A program made the translations under genes and the position numbers. Source: Squalus acanthias (lineage: Eukaryota). Taken from it: DNA of 64,000 nucleotides. The notes below the pieces were generated by a model, which saw only the letters and a list, made by a program, of their open reading frames with translations, did no database searches and had not been told where the DNA came from. Below, piece by piece: positions 38,715 through 51,207 of the stretch. Numbering within the stretch: position 1 is the first letter of the stretch; each line of letters begins with the position of its first letter. The stretch covers positions 42,596,001-42,660,000 of the forward strand of contig CM059432.1 of assembly GCA_030390025.1 (NCBI GenBank). Direction: 5' to 3'.

Positions 38715-41700
38715 CAAGCATAATACAGTAATCATGGGGGACTTTAATCTACATATAGACTGTGCAAACCAAATTTGCAGTAATAGTGTGGAGGATGAAT
38801 TCATGGAATGTATGCACGATCATTTTCTAGATCAGTATGTTAGGAAACAGGCTATTTTAGATCTAGTATTGTGCAATGAGAAAGAGCTAATTAATAACCT
38901 TGTAGTAGAGGGGCCTTTAGGGGAGAGTGACCAGAATATGATAGAATTTTATATTCAGTTTGAAAGCGATTTAGTTAAATCCGAAACTAGGGTCTTAAAT
39001 CTAAACAAAGCAAACTACGTAGGTCTGAGGGGTGAGTTGGCTACGGTAGATTGGGAAACTACGTTAAAAGATATGATGGTAGAGAAGCAATGGCTAGCAT
39101 TTAAAGAATTACTACATAATTTACAACAAATATACATTCCTTTTCGGTGCAAAATCCCCTCAGGAAAAGTGGTCCAACCGTGGCTAATGAGAAGTTAAAG
39201 ATAGTATTAGATCAAAGGAAGAGGCTTATAATGTTGCCAAAAAGAGTAGTAAGTCTGAGGATTGGGAGGATTTTAGAATTCAGCAAAGGAGGACCAAGAA
39301 ATTGATAAAGAAAGGGAAAATAGAATGAGAGTAAACTAGCGAGAGACATAAAAACAGACTGTAAAAGCTTCTATAGGTATGTAAAAAGGAAAAGATTAGC
39401 AAAAGAAAATGTGGGTCCCTTACAGGCTGAGACAGGAGAACTTATAAAGGGGAATAAGGAAATGGCAGCGAAATTAAACAAATACTTTGGGCTGGATTTT
39501 CTCAGCCCCGAGGAGGTGGGTATGGAGGCGGGACTGCCGGGGAAGTTGCAGAATTTGGGGGCGAGTGACAAACCCTCCGTGCCCTCTTGCCAGGAGGCGG
39601 GAAGCCGTCCTGCCCCAGGTCCCGTCTCCTTGGAGGCGGGAAGGGATTAAAGCCTAATAACTGCCTGTTAACAGGCAGAAAATAGGATTATCTCAATTTT
39701 TCGTTCCGAAGTGCGGGCTTCCCGACCTGGGGGTACCCCGCCAGGGTGTAGGACCCGAGTAGGAGGTCTGCGGGGGTCGGAGGGGTCTGAAAGTGCAATG
39801 TAGAGGTGAGTGATGGGTGCAAGTGTGGAGTGGTAAGTATGTGAGGTGAATGTAAAGTGTTAGAAAATGTTCACTTACCTTTGGTTCTGCCTACAGCCTT
39901 CAGCCGCTGTAGAGCCGGAGTCTCGACATCTCCATTGTAGAGATCACAGACTGGCTGTTGGATCTTCTGATCCAACAGTCATCTGATTTCTACAAAGTAG
40001 AAAGGTTTGATGAGTCCTGAACACAAGGACTCCTCAAACTACACAGAATGTCAGTGTTTGACAGCTTCACAGAGCTGTCAAACAATGACATTTCTTCTTT
40101 CAAAAATTCTTGACAGATGACACGTCATACGTTGACGTGCTCTGTCACTGACTTCCCCCTAATTGGCCTGCTGAGTCTGCTGGGCGGGCTTAACAAGGTC
40201 AATCAGGGGAAAATCCCGCTGGTTGACCAGAGGCTGATGGAGGCGGGACTGAAACCAGGCAAGCAGCAGTCCCGCCTCCAACACGTCTCCATTCATAAAA
40301 TCCAGCCCCTTGTGTCTGTCTTCACGGAAGAAGACGCAAAAACTTCCCGGAAATAGTGGAGAACCAAGGGTCTAGCGAGAATGAGGAACTGAAAGAAATT
40401 AGTATTCGTAAAAAAATAGTACTGGAGAAATTAATGGGACTGAAAGCCGATAAATCCCTGGACCAGATGGCCTACATCCTAAGGTTTTGAGAGGTGACTA
40501 TAGAGATAGTGGATGCATTGGTTGTCATTTTCCAAAATTCCATAGATTCTAGAAATGTTCCCGTGTTTGGAAGGTGGCACATATAACTCCACTATTTAAG
40601 AAAGGAGGGAAGAGAGAAAACGGGGAACTACAGACCCGTTAGCCTGATGTCAGTAGTAGGGAAATCCTAGAATCTATTATTAAGAACGTGGTAACAGGGA
40701 GCTTAGAAAATAATAATAGGATTGGGCAGAGTCAACACGGATTTATGAAAGAGAAATCGTGTTTGACGAATCTGTTAGAGTTTTTTAAGGTTGTAACGAG
40801 CAAAATAGATAAGGGAGAACCAGTGGATGTGGCGTATTTGGATTTTCAGAAGGCATTCGATAAGGTGCCACACAAGGTTATTAAACAAAATTAGGGCTCA
40901 TGGGACTGGCGGTAATATACTAGCATGGATTGAGGATTGGTTAACAGACAGAAAACAGAGTAGGAATAAACGGGTAATTTTCAGGTTGGCAGGCTGTAAC
41001 TAGTGGGGTACCACAAGGATCAGTGCTTGGGCCTCAGCTATTCACAATTTACATCAATGATTTGGATGAGGGGACCAAATGTAATATATCCAAGTTTGCT
41101 GATGATACAAAGCTGGATGGGAATGTAAGTTGTGAGGACGATGCAAAGAGACTTCAAGGGGATATAGACAAGCTAAGTGAGTGGGCAAGAACATGGCAAA
41201 TGGAATATAATGTGGAGAAATGTGAGGTTATCCACTTTGGTAGGAAAAATAGAAAAGCAGAGTATTTTTTAAATGGTGGGGGATTGGGAAATGTTGGTGT
41301 TCAGAGGGACCTGGGTGTCCTTGTACACGAATCACTGAAAGTTAACATGCAGCTACAGCAAGCAATTAGGAAAGCAAATGGTATGTTGGCCTTTATTACA
41401 AGAGCATTTGAGTATAAGAGTAAAGACGTCTTACTGCAATTATATAGGGCCCTAGTGAGACCTTTGTGTACAGTTTTGGTCTCCTTACTTATGGAAGGAT
41501 ATACTTGCCATAGAGGGAGCGCACCGAAGGTTCACCAGACTGATTCTTGGGATGGGGGGATTGTCCTATGAGGAGAGATTGAGTAGACTAGGTCTATATT
41601 CTCTAGAGTTTAGAAGAATGAGAGGTGATCTCATTGAAACATGGAAAATTCTTACAGGGCTTGACAGGGTAGATGCAGGGAGGATATTTCCCCTGGCCGG

Positions 41701-42004
41701 GGAGTCTAGAACCAGGGGTTACAGTCTCAATAAGGGGTCAGCCATTTAGGACTGAGATGAGGAGAAATTTCTTCACTCAAGGGTGGTGAATCTTTGGAAT
41801 TCTGTACCCCAGAGGGCTGTGGAGGCTCAGTCATTGAGTATATTCAAGACAGAGATCGATAGATTTTTGGATATTAAGGGAATCGAGGGATACGGGGATA
41901 GTGCAGGAAAGTGGAGTTGAGGTAGAAGATCAGCCATGATCTTATTGAATGGCGGAGCAGGCTCGAGGGGCCAAATGACCTACTCCTGCTCCTATTTCTT
42001 ATGT
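38715..42004 (+). mobile_element. CR1 LINE ORF2, same subfamily as 1-3420, interrupted by a MITE
   Basis: ORFs 38692-39198, 40688-40894, 41023-41571, 41552-41749 nearly identical to the first copy. Confidence 0.95.
39489..40308. mobile_element. PIF/Harbinger MITE nested in CR1
   Basis: TIRs GGGCTGGATTTT / AAAATCCAGCCC, TSD TTT/CTT. Confidence 0.9.
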
Positions 42005-42207
42005 AAAAGAGGATTAGTCCTGGCCTAGAACCAAGGTATTAGGTAGAGAGTTACTGAGCTGTGTATAATTTTATAAAAACACTCCAGCTCTCTGAAAAAA
42101 GGGAGGGAAAATAGCTAAATAAAATTAATAAAAATTAAAATATGAAAGTAAACACTAAAGGGCACTCAGAACAGGAGTTCATTACAACAGTGCCAACACT
42201 TCAAAAA

Positions 42208-42862
42208 GACCAAACGCAGATTGGGTGACCGCTTTGCGGAACACCTCCGTTCAGTCCATAAGGGTGACCCCGAGCTTCCGGTCGCTTGTCATTTTAATTC
42301 ACCTCTCCATGCCCACTCAGACCTCACCGTCCTCGGCCTCGTGCATTGTTCCACGGAAGCTCAGCGTAAGCTCGAGGAACAGCACCTCATCTTTCGTTTA
42401 GGCACTTTACAGCCTCTGGACTCAACATAGAGTTCAACAATTTCAGATCATAACCTCGGCCCCTACCATATATATATATATATATATATATATACATTTA
42501 TCCACCCTTTTGGTTCGTGCCTTTTTCCTTTTTTTTCTCTCTCTCCCCCTGCGGCAGCTGTCTCTCATTCTGCCAGCATTTCACACTTCACCTTTTGTTT
42601 CTTAACCTGTCCCATTACCATCTCGTCTTGCCTTGCTGGGGGGAGGAATAACTATGGTAAGTAGAGACATTAAGAGATCTTAATGTCTCTACTTACCATA
42701 GTTATTCCTCCCCCCAGCCTCCCCCTTGCTTTTTTATCTGTTTCATTTCCTGCTTTTTTCTCAGTTCTGACAAAGGGTTTCGACCTGAAACGTTAACTCT
42801 GTTTCTCTCTCCACGGATGTTGCCTGGCCTGCTGAGTTTTTCCAGCGTTTTCTGTTGTTGTT
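42208..42862 (+). mobile_element. Penelope-like 3' fragment (GIY-YIG C-terminus, 3' UTR, hammerhead) nested in a SINE tail (42180-42933)
   Basis: ORF GDRFAEHLRSV..PVACHFN..RKLEEQHLIFRLGTLQP; flanking duplication TTCAAAA; the SINE tail continues on both sides. Confidence 0.88.
42635..42718. repeat. Perfect hairpin, 41-bp arms, 2-nt loop
   Basis: GCTGGGGGGAGGAATAACTATGGTAAGTAGAGACATTAAGA-GA-reverse complement. Confidence 0.97.
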
Positions 42863-43688
42863 TCAAAAAGTACTTCATTGGCTGTGGGATGTCCGGTGGT
42901 CATTAAAGGCATATAAATGCAAGTCTTTCTTTCTATAACTTTGTAAAGTCTTAGGATGTATGATATACTGTGAAAGTAAATGTGCTATAGTACACTTGAA
43001 GTTTAGAACATGAGCATGTACTTTATTGCATAACCTTTTGTTAGGCCACTCCTGTTCTGAGTGCCCTTTAGTGTTTACTTTCATATTTTAATTTTATTTA
43101 AGTATTTTCCCTCCCTTTTTTGAGAGAGCTGGAGTGTTTTTATAAAATGACTGTGTGCAAAATCATTAAAATGGATTGGTATATGCGGTATGCATCTTCA
43201 GCCAGTCGAAGCTAGGAACATTGAGGGTTGATCCAGTCATGACTAAATTAATCTTCTGCTGTATCTGTCAAGAAAATGTTCAATATTTAATTTATTAACA
43301 GAATATTCAGTGGCTCAACTACTAACATGAGTTAGTTACGTTAGCAGTAACCTAATGGTCAGGATCATCATTAAAGTGGCTTAGCAAATAATGACACACC
43401 AGAAGCAAAACAAAAATGTAGGTAGGTGCAGTGGCAAAAAACTGAAATCCACAATCACAAACAATAGTCTTATCATACTCCTGTGCAGTACATCTGTTCC
43501 AGGACATGCCTGCCAGCCATATAACTCGTGGAATTATTTTACATAGTTGGTCATCAGGTTCTGCCAAATTTCAGTCAACACAACAAAGTCTTAAATTAGC
43601 TTATGATTAATGGAATAGAACCAAGTCTCTTGAAGTGGGTACTTGAATAGTGCAGCAGAAAAGTGTACTGTTTGGCATAGGCCATTAA

Positions 43689-43915
43689 TTAAAAAAATGA
43701 ATTCTTTGGATCTGGGCATCGTTCGCAAGGCCAGCATTCATTGACCATCCCTAGTTTCCCTTGAGAAGGTGGTGGTGGGCCTTCTTCTTGAACCGCTGAA
43801 TCCATGTGGTGAAGGTACTCATGGTACTCCCACAGTGCTGTTAAGTATGGCGTTCTTAGATTTTGACCCAGCAACAATGAAGGAACAAAGATATATGTCC
43901 AAGTCAGGATGGTGT
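43689..43915 (-). mobile_element. 3' tail of the tRNA-headed LINE family
   Basis: Matches 60870-61080. Confidence 0.8.
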
Positions 43916-44129
43916 TATTGTGCTAATGCGCGGTATCATCAGAGGCTTAGTCTGGTGCAGTCGTGAACACTTTTAAATCTCTTGGAATGGTCACTGCCTG
44001 TTTGATCTGCTGCTGCTGCTCCAGGGGATGGAATGTGGCTGTAAATGGCAATTCTTCCAATAGACCAGGAGTCACATAATTGTGAGAATCCCTACGTGGT
44101 AGCAGGTAGGAATCACGTAGCACTGAGAG

Positions 44130-44363
44130 GAAAAGTGCCAGTGAGAACTGGGGGGGAAAGTGCCAGAATGAATTAAGAGGAGCAAGGAGGATGAAAGTGC
44201 TAGTGTGAACTGGGGAAAGGTGGGAAAATGCCAACATGAACTGCGGGGGTAGAGTGCTAATAAATGGGAGGGGAAGAAGAGTGCTGGTGTAAATTGAGGG
44301 CTAGAAGGAGACGGAGAAGAGTGCTAATGTGAATTGGGGAGGGGGATGAAGAGTGCCCTTGTG
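44130..44363 (+). repeat. Degenerate purine-rich minisatellite
   Basis: About 8 copies of RAGTGCYARTGTGAAYTGGG separated by variable G/A spacers. Confidence 0.7.
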
Positions 44364-45880
44364 TCACAGTGACAGCCATATATATAATTTTAAAACTGAG
44401 TGACAATACATAATCACAATAGCCCAAAATTTGTCTCTGATAGAAATGAGAGGAAAATTCTCACAATGTTTGGCCCAATCTTCCACTATACAAGTGCTGA
44501 AACTTTGGTATACCTGCAACTTAATTTATGACAAGCCCATCTCCCATTGCACTCTTTCAGCGTAACTACATGTCGTAGCTATATATTCAGGGATGTTCCT
44601 AAACTCTCAGCTTATTTTTAAGGTTGTGTCAGTTTTTTTAAACTGTTGCTGAGCCTTTGCTAGCTTTCCAGGTTGGCACATATGCTGCTGTTCCTGGCTG
44701 CCGCTACTACCTGGCACTGCTGTTTCTCATAGGTTGTCACTTTGTTATGCAAGTGAAAATTCCTGGTTTTGCAATAAATTAATCCAGGAACAAAGCAGCA
44801 ACATTCAGTAGAAGCTGTAGCCAGAACTAGTCGCATGCATGCCAACCCAGAAAACTAGGAAAAAAACCGACTAGCACTAAGGAACAAATCAAGTGTCTGT
44901 GAAGGGGGTGGGGAAGACTGACTATTTAAGTAGCTCTTAGGGAAGAAATGGACTGGTTGGTATGTTGAGTATGGATAAATCCAAATTTAACTTATTTTGC
45001 TCCAGAATCATGAGTTGTGAAGTAGAGAAGCCTTTAACCAGAATGCACCAGTTTAATTTCACAGTTTCCCAAGGTTGCATGCCCATACCTTTTTGGATAC
45101 GTATGCACAATGCAGGCAGGGTCGAGAGGAATAGTATTTGGAACGAAGTGTATACAATTCTTCATGTGCTCTACAAAGTGGTAGGATTAGCATTTCTCAC
45201 GTTGTGATTTGACAAACCTGTTTGTACCATTCGAGAGAGATGCTGAAAGGAGACCACAGCTGCTTTCTGACATTGGTGGAGGGAGGATGAGGAAAAAGTC
45301 AGAGGCTTGATTCCCCTGAGATCACTTTTGTACATTCTGCTGACTCATTACAGGGAGATGTCAGTGCAGTTTAAAATCTTTGTTTTGGTAAGAGTGAGAT
45401 CTCACCTGGCAATACACCTGATCGTGGCAGGAAACTTGAATAATTACCTGCTGCCAATAACCAGGAGCAATGTGACTGGTATCAGCAATCTGATTTTACC
45501 TGTACCTCTTTAATCATTTAATTGTCCGGGTCTGCTGCTGCATGTTTGCTAAATTTAAGTTCAGGAACAGCATAGGCATTGCGACCTGGGGCAGGTTCTC
45601 AGTTTGTTCTTTGTTTGATGACTGGCAAGGAGAGATATAAAAACAAATTAACATGTTGAAGGTTGTCATCAATAAAATCACAGACTGAAATGTTGAACTA
45701 TTTTATGCTTAAACTCCTCTTAGCCTGAGCACGGGTCTCGTAGGGCTTTCTGTTATGCATTTGTTTTTTTCAAATTGCAAGGATTAGAGGATTACCAACA
45801 TTGAAAGGGTTGGCAACTGCACAGTGTTATTATAAGGCATTTAATATTGGTTAAAGTGACATAGTGTATGGAAATTAAAT

Positions 45881-46290
45881 GTCAGCCTTGGCTCAGTGGT
45901 AGGACTCTCATCGCTGAGTCAGAAGTCCATGGGTTCAAGTGCCATTCCAGAGACTTGAGCACATAATCGAGACTGACCCTTGTGTGGTGCTGAAGGAGTG
46001 CTGCACTGTTGGAGGTGCCATCTTTAAGATTAGGTGGTAAACCTCTCCGGAGGATGTAAAAAGATCCTATGGCACTATTTGAAGAATAGTAGAGATTTCT
46101 CCTGGTGTCCTGGCCAAAATATCCTTCAACCAACACCACCAAACAAAATAACTAGCAATTTATTTCACTTTCTATTTGTGGAGCTTTGCTGAGTACAAAT
46201 TGGCTGCTATATTTGCCTATATAATTAGATTGACTACACTTCAAAAAGTAATTCCTTGGTTCTGAAGCATCTTGGGACATTTTTAAAATG
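45881..46290 (+). mobile_element. Deu-domain-like tRNA SINE, older copy
   Basis: Colinear with 17911-18340. Confidence 0.82.
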
Positions 46291-46291
46291 C

Positions 46292-46412
46292 GATCATGGC
46301 TGATCATCCAAATTCAGTACCCTGTCCCTGCTTTCTCCCCATATCCCTTGATCCCTTTAGCCTTAAGAAATATATCCAACTCCTTCTTGAATCTATTTAA
46401 TGAATTGGCCTC
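46292..46412 (-). mobile_element. CR1 3' fragment
   Basis: Reverse complement of ~57880-58000. Confidence 0.85.
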
Positions 46413-47460
46413 TATGCTATGCTAATGCAAGTTTGTTCTTTCTTTCTGATTCTCTCCCTTCCTCCCTACATGGGAAGGCAAATCAGTGCCTACGTGTGCC
46501 GCAACAGCTGATTTGCAACAACAAGGGATCTGGCCTTGAGATTGTTACTGCTCTGTTCCCTCTCCTTGCTGATCCTACCTCCATTTTGAGCCTCATGTTA
46601 CTGCTGTGGAAGTGGGCTCACATTTGCTGTTTGCTTAATCAGGAATTCCTGCCCAAGGTGTGGGTCACAAAGTCTGCTTCTGGAGTGAAGCAATGGCATC
46701 AGTTAGGAACTGGAGTTGGGACTGGCAGGGAGAAAATCATCAGTGATGGTGATTGCCACTCTGACATGGGGGGGGGGGGGGGGTGGCGGCGGTGGTGGTG
46801 GGTGTGCATCTGTGAACTTGGTGGGGAAATCAGTATGGGGGAGAGTTATACAAGACTTGTGAATAGGGGAAGAGTGACTTCAGGTAGCTTTTGCGGAAAA
46901 AAATAAATGACTTTGGACTACTGTAGCAGGTATTGTGAATGTTATATATCTAAATAGAGCAGACTATTCAATGCAACTGTGTTTTGGTTAACCTCTGGTT
47001 TGAGTATGCTGTACATTTTACTGTTAAGCCACTTTGGGAAGAATGTCAAGAGACGTACAAATAATGCATTAACTGCCTTTCATGGCTGTGGTTCTTAAGT
47101 ATTGCCCTGTGGATCTGGAGGTGACTGAGACTATTACATTGCAGACTGAAGGCTATAATAGTAACCATGGGAACAATATTCTAGCACATGCAATATATCG
47201 CATTCAGAAAATAGCACATATGTGTGTGCGCTGTTTGGCTACAGTAACTTGTCACTAGTTTAGCAAATGTTACATTATCAGTTTAGTGCATGATGATTGT
47301 CGCAGCATCAGGGATCCCAGTGTGTGCAGCAGATCCAAACCATTGTGAAAGCACTGAGAAAGTTGTAGCATTTTTTTGTTCTGTTGCTCTCCTGTCATGT
47401 TCTGCAGAATATAAACAACATTTCAGAAAAAGGTGTTGGATAAGTTTGCTACCTTATTAA

Positions 47461-48053
47461 TAGAATCATAGAATGGTTACAGCACAGAAGGAGGCCAATC
47501 GGCCCGTTGAGCCTGTGCCAGCTCTCTGCAAGAGCACTTCAGCTAGTCCCATTCCCCCGCCCTTTCCCCGTAGCCCTGCAATTTTTTTCCCCTCAGGGTA
47601 CTTATCCAATTCCCTTTTGAAAGCCACGATTGAGTCTGCCTCCACCAACCTTTCAGGCAGTGCATTCCAGATCCTAACCACTCGCTGTGTAAAAAAGTTT
47701 TTCCTCATGTCGTCTTTGGTTCTTCTGCCAGTCACCTTGAATCTGTGTCCTCTGGTTCTCGACCCTTCCGCCAATGGGAAAAGTTTCTCTCTATCTAGTC
47801 TGTCTAGACCCCTCATGATTTTGAATACCTCTATCAAATCTCCTCTCAACCTTCTCTGCTCTAAGGAGAACAACCCCAGCTTCTCCAGTCTATCCACGTA
47901 AGTGAAGTCCCTCATCCCTGGAATCATTCTCGTAAATCTTTTCTGCACCCTCTCTAAGGCCTTCACATCCTTCTAAAGTGTGGTGCCCAGAATTGGACAC
48001 AATACTCCAGTTGAGGCTGAACCAGTATTTTATAAATGTTCATCATAACTTCC
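47461..48053 (-). mobile_element. CR1 3' fragment
   Basis: ORF 47466-47966 (ERVQKRFTRMIPGM..NFFTQRVV). Confidence 0.93.
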
Positions 48054-48109
48054 TAATGTTCATATTATAGCTGCTGAAATTATTTTCATTAGCAAGAAGT
48101 AATGATAAT

Positions 48110-48365
48110 ATTACATAGAATTACATAGCGTATACAGCATAGAAACAAGCCATTCGGCCCAACTGGTCTATGCTGGCGTTCATGCTTCACACGAGCCTCC
48201 TCCTACCCCTCTTCATCTAACCCTACCAGTATATCCTTCTATTCCTTTCTTCCTCATATGCTTATCTAGCTTCCCCAGAAATTCATCTATGCTATTTGCT
48301 TCAACTAATCCTTGTGATAGCGCATTCCACATTCTTACCATGCTTTGGTTAAAGAAGTTTCTCTA
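48110..48365 (-). mobile_element. Old CR1-type 3' tail
   Basis: TTACATAGAA repeats, GCCATTCGGCCCAACT. Confidence 0.7.
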
Positions 48366-48569
48366 ACATCCCTATTTATCTGCATTTTCATGATTGTATT
48401 AATTTTTGTTGCTATTTAAGCCTGATATTTTGCATTGCAAAGATTTTATTTCCAAACTTTTACAACAGTCAAAATGGCAGGGGTGATTGTATCTCGTGCA
48501 TTATCTACACAACTGCCCTTACCCTAGAACTCACATCCACTCACCCAGATAGTCCTTCCTGAGCATCTC

Positions 48570-48900
48570 AGAGGGGTGACTGTTGCCTTCACTTCTCAAA
48601 GGGGGCGACTACATAGTTATGCCATTTCTAGGAGGCAGATCTGCAGACAACTTGCATTAAACATTTACACTGCTGCATCTTTCGAAGCCATCGCTGGCAA
48701 CATATGCCAAAAAGGGCAGTCAGCTATCCACAGATGCATCAAGCAAGTGACATAGGCCTTCTTGTTTGCAAGGCGCAACAAGTTCATCACTTTCCATTGT
48801 GGAAAGGAGGCATCAGCTCGACAGGGCACAGAACTTTCCCTGGGTCCCAGGGTTCCCAAGAGTGCAAAGCATTGTAATGCCACCCTCATGGCTATCTGGC
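48570..48900 (+). pseudogene. Harbinger transposase relic (the element may span ~48480-49980)
   Basis: Manual translation LALNIYTAASFEAIAGNICQKGQSAIHRCIKQVT, FARRNKFITF, PGFPRVQS parallels the transposase at 23123-24019. Confidence 0.75.
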
Positions 48901-50001
48901 CAGCAGTTTCATCTCCTCCTCTGTCATTACCGCTTGCTCCTGTTTGTCTGTGCACTCCGCCTGTTTCGGTACCACCTGCTCATGTTCAGACCCAGGGGCA
49001 TGTGTGTTGCCAGTTGAGCCAGACAGGGCACTGGTTGGGATTATGTCCCTCAACAAAAAGTTATCCTACTGGCTTGTGCTGTCTCATGAGGGGGTATCTC
49101 GGCTTTTGTTCTCAGTTGCATGGGGAATGGACTTGAGCCGTTACTGTCTCAACAAGATGCTGATGCCCTTGCTAAGTTGTCCCAAGCCTTCCTGTATTGC
49201 TTTATATACAGTATCCAGGAAACCAGTTATACTTTTGTGGTCAGTGTGGATGGGATCCTGAACCTATTAATGTCCATTAAACACTGGCAATCTGCAGATT
49301 CAGCCTGCAAGAGTACCCCACCTATCTGTTGCGCTTTCCTACATTGTACTTTCTGCTATTTATCTCATCCGGTGTCCTACATTCAGTACTCTGTAAATGA
49401 GACGGTTTCTGTTTTCTCCACCGGTTGTGGTACTCGTGAGTGCTCTTGTGGTTTTGGTGACTGTGGTTATGATGGTGCAGGATGTCCAAGTGCTGGTGTA
49501 AGTGTTGGCAGTGATCACGGTGCTTGTGGTGAGCAAGTTAATGTTGCCCTGTTGCTGCTTTGTGGCACGGATGCCACTACCCTGGCAGACCGTTTTGCCC
49601 CTTAAGATCCCAGTTGATGTTTATAGATAGAGAGGGAACTCTTATCAGTGTCAACAGATGAAAAAACATGGAAGGTTTAATGCAGTCTTTACTTTTAATG
49701 CGCAAAACATTCATAATATTTGGCTGTTAAAAAATAGGGTGGTAGTGGGACTTAAATAGTGCATATAGTTGAAACGCTGACTTGCTGCTGAGGTCCTGCC
49801 TGTTCCAATTCTCGGGCAGACCTCGATCCTCGTGGCTGGAGCTCAGCTGAAAATAGGCAGAAGTCTCATGAATATGTTAATTGGAGTCAGCTAACGTAGT
49901 TACAACACCCAATGCCAATTTAATCTCTGCCCGCCGGAATGCATCCAGTTCCTGCTCTCGGCCAACTAATATGGACAGTAGATGTTGGGAGGCAGCTATT
50001 T

Positions 50002-50880
50002 TAGAATCATAGAAATTTACGGCACAGAAGGAGGCCATTTGGCCCATTGTGTCTGTGCCGGCCGAAAAAAGAGCTATCCAACCTAATCCCACTTTCCAGC
50101 TCTTGGTCCATAGCCCTGTAGGTTACGGCACTTCAAGTGCATATCCGGGTACTTTTTAAATGTGATGAGGGTTTCTGCCTCTACCACCCTTTCAGGCAGT
50201 GAGTTCCAGACCCCCACCACCCTCTGGGTAAAAAAAGTTTCCCTCAACTCCCCTCTAATCCTTCTACCAATTACTTTAAATCTGTGCCCCCTGGTTATTG
50301 ACCTCTCTGCTAAAGGAAACAGATCCTTCCTATACATTCTATCTAGGACCCTCATCATTTTATACACCTCAATTAAGTCTCCCCTCTGCCTCCTCTATTC
50401 CAAAGAAAACATCCCCAGCCTATCCAATCTTTCCTCATAGATAAAATTCTCCAGCCCTGGCAACATCCTTGTAAATCTCCTCTGCATCATCGCTAGTGCA
50501 ATCACATCTTTCCTGGAATGTGGTGACCAGAACTGTACGCAGTACTCTAGCTGTGGCCTAACTCATGTTTTATACAGTTTAAGCATAACCTCCCTGATCT
50601 TATATTCTATGCCTCAGCTAATAAAGGAAAGTTTCCCGTATACCTTCTTAACCACCTTATCTACCTGTTCTGCTACCTTCAGGGATCTGTGGACATGCAC
50701 TCCAAGGTCTCTCTGTTCCTCTACACTTCTCAGTGTCCTACCATTTACTGTGTATTCCTTTGCCTTGTTAGCCCTCCCAAATGCATTACCTCACACTTCT
50801 CCGGATTGAATTCCATTTGCCCCTTTTCTGCCCTATTGACCAGTCCATTGATACCTTCCTGTAGTCTACAGCTTTCTTCC
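50002..50880 (-). mobile_element. CR1 3' fragment (third subfamily)
   Basis: ORF 50083-50367 (TRGHRFKV..FFTQRVV) with tail. Confidence 0.9.
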
Positions 50881-50954
50881 TTTTACTGTACCTTTTACTG
50901 GACAGTTGTCGACCATTGTTTGTAACACAGCAGTTCTGATGATTATCAATAATC

Positions 50955-51200
50955 AAATTGTACATTCTTTGTTCCAGTTCTACTCAGGTCCCCACCCTCA
51001 CCCCTTTTTCCGGTACATTGATGACTATTGGTGCCGTTTCCTGCTCTCGCCCTGTACTGGAAAATTTCATTCACATTGCTTCCAATTTCCACCCTTCCTT
51101 CACCTTCACATGGTCCATCTCCGACTCTTCCCTTCCCTTCCTTGACTTCTCTGTCTCCATTTCTGGGGATAGGCTATTGCCAAACATCCATTATAAGCCA
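50955..51200 (+). mobile_element. Penelope-like RT fragment
   Basis: FFRYIDD..SNFHPSFTFTWSISDSSLPFLDFSV..HYKP. Confidence 0.85.
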
Positions 51201-51207
51201 CTATTAC

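Larger units (their letters stand above)
42068..43148. repeat. Inverted duplication of ~105 bp (42068-42178 / 43048-43148)
   Basis: ATTTTATAAAAACACTCCAGCTCTC..AAACACTAAAGGGCACTCAGAACAGGAGT and its reverse complement. Confidence 0.9.

Noticed and set aside
40005..40039. TGATGAGTCC..GGAC resembling a hammerhead core
   Set aside because: It lacks the CUGA start and the GAAA after stem II; it is simply a hairpin.
1..42004. Segmental duplication explaining the two MITE-bearing CR1 copies
   Set aside because: The downstream flanks are unrelated, and the inserts differ in sequence and orientation.
44130..44363. Repeat-spacer pattern resembling CRISPR
   Set aside because: Repeats are degenerate, spacers are low-complexity, the context is eukaryotic and there are no cas genes.
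46400..46906. 168-aa ORF
   Set aside because: It starts in a CR1 fragment, crosses a poly-G run and has no domain or splice support.
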